From: a virus
Taxonomy: Duplodnaviria > Caudoviricetes
DNA length: 64,000 nucleotides
Strand: one strand, 5' to 3'
IMG/VR virus record: IMGVR_UViG_3300049137_000091
Coordinates: 1 to 64,000 of that record
Shown piece by piece: positions 56,909-64,000 of this stretch; the first letter of the stretch is position 1; each line of letters begins with the position of its first letter. Position numbers and translations under genes: made by a program. Below the pieces are notes generated by a model. The model worked only from the letters and a program-made list of their open reading frames with translations, did no database searches and was not told the DNA's origin.

Positions 56909-57340
56909 ATGACGGAGATCAGGGACTTCACGAAGAAGCGGAAGCCGATCATCTTCCGGGAGGGCGACGACGTCTTCCATGCCGCCCCGGGCCTCCCGGC
57001 GCAGGTGATGCTGGAGTTCGCCACCCGCTTCCAGGGCATGTCGATCGAGGCGACGGTGGATCAGCAACTGGAGGCGTTCACCTCCGTGCTGGAGATCGCA
57101 CTTCTGCCCGAGTCGTACAAGCGGTTCGCCGAGCGCATGGCCGACCGCGAGAACCCCATCGAGATCGACCAGATCGAAGAGATCATCACCTGGCTGATGG
57201 AGCAGTACGGGCTCCGCCCTACCGCACTGCCCTCCGTCTCCTCGGATGGGCAACCCGCCCCGGAACCTGGCACTACCTCGACGGCCAGTACGCCGGACGT
57301 GGTGTCGATCTCGGCAGCCTCCCCGCAGACCGCTTCCTGA
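56909..57340 (+). CDS. Tail assembly chaperone (G form)
   Basis: Directly upstream of tape measure; WLMEQYGLRPT. Confidence 0.75.
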   Translation: MTEIRDFTKKRKPIIFREGDDVFHAAPGLPAQVMLEFATRFQGMSIEATVDQQLEAFTSVLEIALLPESYKRFAERMADRENPIEIDQIEEIITWLMEQYGLRPTALPSVSSDGQPAPEPGTTSTASTPDVVSISAASPQTAS

Positions 57341-57564
57341 ACCTCGTCTACTTCGAGATGTGCCAGCGGACGCAGGACGGCGAGCGCGAGCCGGAAGGCT
57401 CCGCGCAGGCACGTCTCGACAACGACCTGGACGTGTCGCGCTGGCTGCTGCCCGGACAGGCGGCGCCGAAGCCGGTCGAGACGGATCCAGGGGCCCCGTG
57501 GTGGTGGCACGGGGACGAAGACGCCTCGCAGGCGTTCCTCGCAGCGCAAGGGGTGAGTCTGTAG
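57219..57564 (+). CDS. Tail assembly chaperone -1 frame extension (GT form, partial)
   Basis: -1 frame reads PYRTALRLLGWA...GVDLGSLPADRFLNLVYFEM through to 57564. Confidence 0.65.
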
Positions 57565-60500
57565 ATGGCGCGCGGCATTCTCATCGGCACGGGCTTCGTC
57601 CGGATCGACGCCGACACCTCGCCGGCGTCCAAGGCTCTTCAGGGCCTCGGAGCCATCGGCGGGAACCTGCTCACCACGGCGATGATCCCCGCGACGCAAG
57701 CCATCACTTCGGCGGCGGCGGCCGGGGCCGCGTCAGTCACGGCGTCGTTCGCCGCCGCCGGTGCTGCTGTGGGCGCGTTCGGCGCGGCCGTCGTGCCCCA
57801 GTTCAAGATGATCGCCGAGGCGAACGAGAAACAACAGGCGGCACAGGAGGCGCAGACCAAGGCCGACGTCTCGCAGAAGATCGCCAAGGACGCCGCCCGG
57901 GAAGCCGGCGTCGAATACGGCCAGGCCATCAAGATCACGGCCGACATGTCGGAGTCCGCGCGGGAGAAGGCCGAGGACTACAACAAGGCGTTGCAGGCGT
58001 CGGAGACGGCGACCAAGGCAGCCGACAAGTCCCAGGCGCTCTACAACGAGAAGCTGAAGGCGATGACCCCCGCCACGCGGGAGACGTCGCAGGCGTACCA
58101 GAAGCTGAAGGGCGCTGTGGACGACTGGTCGGCGTCCCTGTCCGCCACCACCATGCCGATCTTCACCCGGGCGCTGAACGGCATGCGCGAAGCCCTCCCC
58201 AAGCTGACGCCCTTCGTACGGACCGCGTCCACGGAGATCCAGCGGTTCGTCACGTCGCTGGGGGAGGGCCAGGCCGGTGCGACCTTCCGCGCCTTCGGGG
58301 CCAACCTCCAGACCAACGCCGGTGGCGCCCTGCGGTCCTTCCTCGACGTCGCCCGCAACCTCGCCGTCGGCATCACCGGCATCCTCAACGCCTTCATGCC
58401 GATGTCCGCCCAGATGTCCGGCGGGCTGGTAGACCTGACCGCGCGGTTCGCCGATTTCGGCGCCGGGCTCTCCGGCAGCCAGGGCCTCACCGACTTCATG
58501 GCCGGTATCGAGCAGCACGGGCCGGCCGTGGTGCAGCTCTTGTCCAGCATCGCCTCGGTGGTCGGGGACGTGGTCGCGGCGGCCGGGCCCCTGGGAGGGA
58601 TCAGCCTTCAGATCCTCAGCGCGTTCGCCGCGATCGTCGATGCCATCCCCACGCCCGTCCTTCAGGCCCTCGTCCCGGCGATCATCGCGGTCAACATAGG
58701 GCTGAAGGCGTGGGCCGTCTACCAGGGCGTGGCCGCCGGGGCGACGTGGGCTTTCACCACGGCGGTCACGACGCAGTCCGGCGCCGTGTACGCCAGCCGG
58801 GCCGCGCTGGTGGCCGCGCGGGTACAGCTCATAGCCACGGCCGTCGCGCAGCGGGCCTCGGCGGCGGCGACCGGGGTGGCGACGGCGGCCCAGTGGCTGT
58901 GGAACGCCGCGATGAGTGCCAACCCGATCGGGCTGGTCATCGCGGGCATCGCCCTGCTGGTGGGGGCGTTCGTCCTCGCCTACAAGAAGTCGGAGACGTT
59001 CCGCAACATCGTCCAGGGCGCCCTCGATGCGATACGGGTCGCGGCGCAGGCCGTCGTGTCCGGGGTGATGACCGCGTGGAACTGGCTGTCCGGGGGACTG
59101 ACCGCCACCTGGGACGCGATCTTCAACAACGTGATCGCGCCGATCCGCGACTTCTTCACCGTCACTATCCCCGGCTGGGCCACCTTCCTGGCCACCCGGA
59201 TGATCGCCGGCTGGACGATGGTGTGGAACGGGATCAAGGTCGTCTGGGACCTGCTCTTCAACTCGGTGATCGCGCCGATCCGCGACTTCTTCACCGTCAC
59301 CATCCCGACGTGGACGGCCTCGCTGGCCACCCGGATGATCGCCGGCTGGACGATGGTGTGGAACGGGATCAAGTCCGTCTGGGACATGATCTTCAACAAC
59401 GTGATCGCCCCGATCCGCGACTTCTTCACCGTCACCATCCCCGGCTGGGCCGGCCGTCTGGTCGAGTTCGTGGTCACGCACTGGAACGTCCTGCGTGCCC
59501 GTCTGCTGGGTGTGTGGCGCATGCTGATGATCAACGTGATCATCCCGATCCGGACCTTCTTCACCGTCACCATCCCCGGCTGGGCGGCCACGGTGAAGGA
59601 CAAGGTGGTCGGCGCCTTCGAGAAGCTGAAGAACGGGATCAAGACCGTCTGGGACTGGATCCGGACCCGGATCTTCAACCCGGTCCGCGACTTCTTCACC
59701 AAGACCATCCCCGGCTGGGCCGGGACCATGAAGGACAAGGTGGTCGGCTTCTTCGAGAAGCTGCGCGACGGCGTCGGCACCATGATGGACAAGGTCCGGT
59801 CGAAGGCGAAGACGCCGATCAACTGGGTGCTGGAGAACGTCTGGAACAAGGGCATCGTCAGCGTCTGGGGGAAGATCGCCGGCTGGATCGGCATTGGCAA
59901 CGCGCTGAAGAAGGTCAAGCTGCTGGCAGCCGGCGGCACCGTCGGCAATGAACCCTTCGGGGTCTTCAACCGGCCCACCGCGATCGTCGGGGAGGGCCGG
60001 ACGTCCCGCCCTGAGTACGTCATCCCGACCGACCCGAAATACGGGGTCCGCGCCCGCTCCCTGTGGGCGGCGGCCGGGCAGCAGCTCGGCATGCCGCAGA
60101 TGATGGAGTCCGGCGGGATCATCGGCACCATCGGCGGCTGGCTGGGCGGCGCTGCCGACACGGTCGGGAACTTCGGCAAGGCAGCCGTCAACTTCCTGTC
60201 CGACCCGCTCGGGTCGGCGAAGAAGATGTTCGACGGGGTGCTGGGCAGGCTGAAGGAGGCCGGTACCAGCACCTGGGCCAAGGCCATCGCCGAGCTGCCC
60301 CGCAAGGCCGTGGACGGCCTTCTCAAAGCCGTGAAGAAGATCGGTTCGTCCGCGCTGTCCGCGATCGGCCTCGGCCCGTCCGGCGGGTCCGGTGTGCAGC
60401 GCTGGCGCCCCGTCGTCCAGCAGGTGCTGAAGATGGTCGGGCAGCCGCAGGCGTACACCGACATCACGTTGCGCCGGATGAACCAGGAGTCCGGCGGCAA

Positions 60501-60999
60501 CCCGACCGTAGTCAACAAGTGGGACTCCAACTGGCACGCCGGGTACCCGTCGGTCGGCCTCATGCAGGTGATCAGGCCGACGTTCCAGTCCCACGCGGGC
60601 CGGATGCGCAACGTGGGCCCGTTCCTCTACGGCGTGTCCACCAATCCGGCGGCCAACATCTACGCCTCCATGCGCTACGCCCTGTCGCGCTACGGCTCCC
60701 TGCCCCGGGCCTACAACCGGGCCGGCGGCTACGCCCTGGGCACCGCCGGGTCCTCGCCCGGCTGGCACTGGGTGGGCGAGCACGGCGCCGAGCTGATGAA
60801 GCTTCCCGCCGGCGTGCAGGTGCGCAGCCACGCGCAGTCAGTGCGTCAGGAGCGGGCCGCGTCCGGCCCGGTCACCCTCGTCATCCAGAACCACGGGATC
60901 ATCGCCTCCCGGCGGGAGGCCGAGGACTGGCTGGTGTCCTCGCTGGAGGAGCTGGCGCGGAAGAACCGGCTGCCCCGCTCCCTGAAGGGTGGCCGCTGA
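57565..60999 (+). CDS. Tape measure protein with C-terminal lytic transglycosylase
   Basis: 1144 aa Ala-rich, NPIG motif, Trp/Phe repeats; QESGGNP, SVGLMQV, NIYASMRY. Confidence 0.9.
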   Translation: MARGILIGTGFVRIDADTSPASKALQGLGAIGGNLLTTAMIPATQAITSAAAAGAASVTASFAAAGAAVGAFGAAVVPQFKMIAEANEKQQAAQEAQTKADVSQKIAKDAAREAGVEYGQAIKITADMSESAREKAEDYNKALQASETATKAADKSQALYNEKLKAMTPATRETSQAYQKLKGAVDDWSASLSATTMPIFTRALNGMREALPKLTPFVRTASTEIQRFVTSLGEGQAGATFRAFGANLQTNAGGALRSFLDVARNLAVGITGILNAFMPMSAQMSGGLVDLTARFADFGAGLSGSQGLTDFMAGIEQHGPAVVQLLSSIASVVGDVVAAAGPLGGISLQILSAFAAIVDAIPTPVLQALVPAIIAVNIGLKAWAVYQGVAAGATWAFTTAVTTQSGAVYASRAALVAARVQLIATAVAQRASAAATGVATAAQWLWNAAMSANPIGLVIAGIALLVGAFVLAYKKSETFRNIVQGALDAIRVAAQAVVSGVMTAWNWLSGGLTATWDAIFNNVIAPIRDFFTVTIPGWATFLATRMIAGWTMVWNGIKVVWDLLFNSVIAPIRDFFTVTIPTWTASLATRMIAGWTMVWNGIKSVWDMIFNNVIAPIRDFFTVTIPGWAGRLVEFVVTHWNVLRARLLGVWRMLMINVIIPIRTFFTVTIPGWAATVKDKVVGAFEKLKNGIKTVWDWIRTRIFNPVRDFFTKTIPGWAGTMKDKVVGFFEKLRDGVGTMMDKVRSKAKTPINWVLENVWNKGIVSVWGKIAGWIGIGNALKKVKLLAAGGTVGNEPFGVFNRPTAIVGEGRTSRPEYVIPTDPKYGVRARSLWAAAGQQLGMPQMMESGGIIGTIGGWLGGAADTVGNFGKAAVNFLSDPLGSAKKMFDGVLGRLKEAGTSTWAKAIAELPRKAVDGLLKAVKKIGSSALSAIGLGPSGGSGVQRWRPVVQQVLKMVGQPQAYTDITLRRMNQESGGNPTVVNKWDSNWHAGYPSVGLMQVIRPTFQSHAGRMRNVGPFLYGVSTNPAANIYASMRYALSRYGSLPRAYNRAGGYALGTAGSSPGWHWVGEHGAELMKLPAGVQVRSHAQSVRQERAASGPVTLVIQNHGIIASRREAEDWLVSSLEELARKNRLPRSLKGGR
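59100..59780 (+). repeat. Five tandem 135-bp (45-aa) repeats in tape measure
   Basis: PIRDFFTVTIP-type unit at 59140, 59275, 59410, 59545, 59680. Confidence 0.85.
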
Positions 61000-63374
61000 T
61001 GCCCGTCGCGTTCCGGTCGGCCGGTGCCCGGCTGCGGAAGGAAGTCCTGACCGGCTCCGAACAGGTCGCCCTGCCCGCCGGCCACGCCGCCGGCGACCTG
61101 CTGATGCTGGTCGTCATCACCGACGACAACACCGGCGTGACCGCCACCCCGGCCGGGTGGACGACGCTGCTGCGCGCCTTCGGCGGGACCAGCCGGGAAT
61201 CGCCGTACTACGGCGGCCCGCACGTCTTCGTCTTCTCGCGCATCTCCCCGGGCACGGGCAGCACGGTGCCGGTGTCCTTCTCGACAGCGGCCTGGCCGTC
61301 CGGCTCCCCGTACGTGCTGGCGTGGACGGTGGCGTACACCGGCGTTGACCCGGCCGCGCCGATCGGCCAGTTCGGCCTCTCCGGGATTCCCGGCTTGCGC
61401 CCGCCCGAGCACGCGCACCCGGTCGTCTCGACGACGCGTACCGGCTCCTGGCTGGTGTCCCTGCGGGCCATCGGCGCCCCGACGCAGGCGACATTCACCG
61501 ACTCGGTGGCCGGCGACGCCGAACGCGTGGACGAGTGGGGCGGGATGAACCAGGCCCCGTCGGCGGCCTGGTTCGACTCGGCGGGCGCTGTGCTGCCGGT
61601 GGGCGCGCAGACGCAGCGGACCACCACGGCCAGCCGCACGGCGGCGTACGGGTCGGTGGCAATCTCGTTCGTGATCCAGCCGCCCGACCAGGTGCCGTCG
61701 GCGACCGCGCAGGCCCAGACCGCCGCCGTGTCCGCCCTCGCCCTCGGGGCCGCCCCGCAGACCAGCGAGCACGGCTGGGACATCTGCGGCGCCGACGGCC
61801 TGCCCGACTACCGGTTCACCATCGGGTGGGGCGACGGCGCGGGCGACGACGTCACCGGCAGCATCATTTCCGAGATCGCCACCCGGTACGGCCGCGACCA
61901 GGCCCGCCAGTTCGCGCCGGCCACCGTCGGTACGGCCGCGTTCACGCTGGACAACTCGACCCGCCGCTACAGCCCGGAGAACGACGCGTCGCCGCTGTAC
62001 GGCACGCTGGACCCGGCCCGGACCATGACCGCCGACGTCACCTTCAACGGGGCCGTCCACGCGCTGTTCACCGGACGCATCGACGACTTCGACGTGAAAA
62101 CGGAGTTCGGGGAGAGGTCGGCGTCCTTCAGCTTCCTGGACGGGCTGGCCAGCCTGCAAGGCGTCCGCCTGTCCACGCCGGTGCTGGCGGCCCGGCGCAC
62201 CGGGGAGCTGCTGCACACCATCCTGGACGGGGCCGGGTGGACCGGACCCCGCCGCATCGACCCGGGCGCCACGGTGGTGCGGTACTGGTGGGAGGAGGGC
62301 ACCGACGCGCTGACCGCCGTCAACAACCTGGTGCGCAGCGAGGGCCCGCCGGCGGTCGCGTACGTCGCGCCCGACGGGGCGTTCGTCTTCCACGACCGGC
62401 ACCACCGGATGCTGTCGCAGGAGTCGCTGACGGCACAGGCCGTCTTCCACGCGGGCCGTCTCGGGGACTGCACGCCGGACGGGGTGCCGGAGGGCGCGCT
62501 GAGCCTGGCCCGGCCGTTCACCTACGCGCACGGCTGGCGAGACATCGTCAACACGGTGAACTTCGACGTCGGGGTCCGGTGGCCCAGCGCCACGCTGGAG
62601 CAGGTGTGGAGCGACGAGACGTCGTACCTGCTGGAGGCGGGGCAGTCGGTGCAGATCCTGGCGACGTCGTCCGACCCGTTCGTGGAGGCCCAGCCCCCGG
62701 TGCCCGGCACGGATTTCACCGTGACGTCCCCGGCGCCGGGAGCGACGGTCACCGTGCTGCTCGACCGCGACTCGGGGGCCTCGGCGCGGCTCACCCTGAC
62801 CGCCGTCGGCGGGCCGGTCACCGTCACCGGGCTCCAGCTCCGCGCCCGGTCCCTGGCGGTGCGCCGCACGGTGCGGGTGGCCATGACGGATCCGGGCTCG
62901 ATCGGCCAGTTCGGCGAGAAGGCTTACCCGGAGGAGGTGCCGTGGGCGAGCGTGGAGGACGCCCAGGCCATCGCGGGCCGGGTGCTTCTGCACTACGCGC
63001 AGCGCCGGCCGACCGTGCAGATCCGGGTGGTCTCCTCCGATCCGGCGCACTTCGTGCAGGTGCTGCGCCGCACCGTCGGCGACCGCGTCCGCATCGTCAA
63101 CGCAGAGATGGGGCTGGACGCGGACTTCTTCGTGGAGTCCGTGGACCACACCGTCCAGCGGTTGTCGCGGCCGGGCCGTCCGCCGGTGCACTCGGTGGTG
63201 CTCGGCTGCGAGAAGGATCTGGTGGGCAACTCGAACCCGTTCACTTTCGACAAGCGCGGCGCCGGCTTCGACCAGGGCGTGTTCGGCCTGGTGGAGCAGG
63301 AGGACCCGGCGACGGTGTTCGTCTTCGACCACCCGGAACAGGGCCGCTTCGACACGGGGCGGTTCGGGACATGA
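60999..63374 (+). CDS. Minor tail protein (distal tail/hub-like)
   Basis: Start overlaps TMP stop; GRDQAR, FTLDNSTRRYSPEN, LFTGRIDD. Confidence 0.7.
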   Translation: MPVAFRSAGARLRKEVLTGSEQVALPAGHAAGDLLMLVVITDDNTGVTATPAGWTTLLRAFGGTSRESPYYGGPHVFVFSRISPGTGSTVPVSFSTAAWPSGSPYVLAWTVAYTGVDPAAPIGQFGLSGIPGLRPPEHAHPVVSTTRTGSWLVSLRAIGAPTQATFTDSVAGDAERVDEWGGMNQAPSAAWFDSAGAVLPVGAQTQRTTTASRTAAYGSVAISFVIQPPDQVPSATAQAQTAAVSALALGAAPQTSEHGWDICGADGLPDYRFTIGWGDGAGDDVTGSIISEIATRYGRDQARQFAPATVGTAAFTLDNSTRRYSPENDASPLYGTLDPARTMTADVTFNGAVHALFTGRIDDFDVKTEFGERSASFSFLDGLASLQGVRLSTPVLAARRTGELLHTILDGAGWTGPRRIDPGATVVRYWWEEGTDALTAVNNLVRSEGPPAVAYVAPDGAFVFHDRHHRMLSQESLTAQAVFHAGRLGDCTPDGVPEGALSLARPFTYAHGWRDIVNTVNFDVGVRWPSATLEQVWSDETSYLLEAGQSVQILATSSDPFVEAQPPVPGTDFTVTSPAPGATVTVLLDRDSGASARLTLTAVGGPVTVTGLQLRARSLAVRRTVRVAMTDPGSIGQFGEKAYPEEVPWASVEDAQAIAGRVLLHYAQRRPTVQIRVVSSDPAHFVQVLRRTVGDRVRIVNAEMGLDADFFVESVDHTVQRLSRPGRPPVHSVVLGCEKDLVGNSNPFTFDKRGAGFDQGVFGLVEQEDPATVFVFDHPEQGRFDTGRFGT

Positions 63375-63385
63375 GAGGGGACGCG

Positions 63386-63736
63386 ATGGAGCAGTTGATG
63401 GCCCCGGCGCGGGCGTACGTCTACGGCGGGGACTGGGTGGCGGACTGCCCGCAGCACATGTGCGGCAACGTCGAATTCCTGTACCGGCCGTCCCGCATGG
63501 GCGGGCCCCGGGACGTGCCGGTCGGGTTCTTCCAGTGCTCGCACTGCGGGGCGCAGGCGGAGGTGTCCTGGCCGGACAACCGCCACGACCTGCTGGCCGA
63601 GCTGCTGCGCCGGCCGGTGCCGAGCACGCGGAACTGGTACCCCACCGACCACCCGGTGGCGGTCAAATTCGGACTGCCGCACGGCCAGTCGGTGGGGGAG
63701 CTGCGGGAGGAGGCGGAGGCCCATGGCGTGACGTGA
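63386..63736 (+). CDS. Cys-rich hypothetical tail-region protein
   Basis: GAGGGG SD; WVADCP..C...CSHC...RNW. Confidence 0.65.
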   Translation: MEQLMAPARAYVYGGDWVADCPQHMCGNVEFLYRPSRMGGPRDVPVGFFQCSHCGAQAEVSWPDNRHDLLAELLRRPVPSTRNWYPTDHPVAVKFGLPHGQSVGELREEAEAHGVT

Positions 63737-63820
63737 TCCGGGCCCGCGCGGCCTCGAAGACCCGCGAAAGTCGTTAACCACACTAAGGGTTAACCCCGAA
63801 AACGTGCAGGTCGGTGCCCC

Positions 63821-63927
63821 CGTACCGCCTCTGTACCGTCTGTACCGTCATTGACCTATGACGAAAAAATCCCTTACGTATAGGGGTTATACGGAGCACA
63901 CGGTACAGGCGGTACAGCGGCGGTACG
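63821..63927. other. Second copy of the origin-like element, intergenic
   Basis: Shares CGTATAGGGGT(T)ATACGGAG.A.ACGGTACAGGCGGTACAG and upstream CTGTACCGTC with 21553-21660. Confidence 0.6.
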
Positions 63928-63975
63928 CGGCCTCGGACGCTCCGACCGGACCCCGCTGGAGGTGGCCGAAAACCA

Positions 63976-64000
63976 ATGGCTTGGACCGCACCTATGACCG
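63976..64000 (+). CDS. Start of next tail gene (truncated by window edge)
   Basis: GGAGGTGG SD, MAWTAPMT. Confidence 0.5.

Overview
High-GC actinobacterial (most likely Streptomyces) temperate siphophage-like element, cut at both window edges. Left arm (minus strand, 1-18.4 kb): a Streptomyces plasmid-type transfer cluster (TraA-like, TraB FtsK-type translocase, DUF2637 membrane protein, Spd-like membrane protein, RapZ-C-like protein, dense GGGACA/TGTCCC array), then a glycosyltransferase, RuvC-like resolvase, SSB-like protein, an aberrant tRNA-like RNA, a PD-(D/E)XK exonuclease locus with a nested gene, and an SF2 helicase with a class-3-type intein. Right arm (plus strand): a single-chain primase-helicase-PolA replicase, ParB-N/DNA methyltransferase, TerS-like protein, dTDP-glucose dehydratase, triple-LuxR regulator, Rpf-NlpC/P60-LysM hydrolase, TerL, a second D5-type helicase, holin, small serine resolvase, XRE regulator, then head-tail genes including a 2H-MuF-ART fusion. 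No integrase or endolysin is visible in the window; resolvase plus TraB suggest a conjugative phage-plasmid. An 18-bp AT-rich operator/promoter box (16 copies found by eye), an ACCAAGGAA start-associated motif and a GAAGCCCCG hairpin family bracket many accessory genes. All calls come from motif reading, not database searches; counts are manual.
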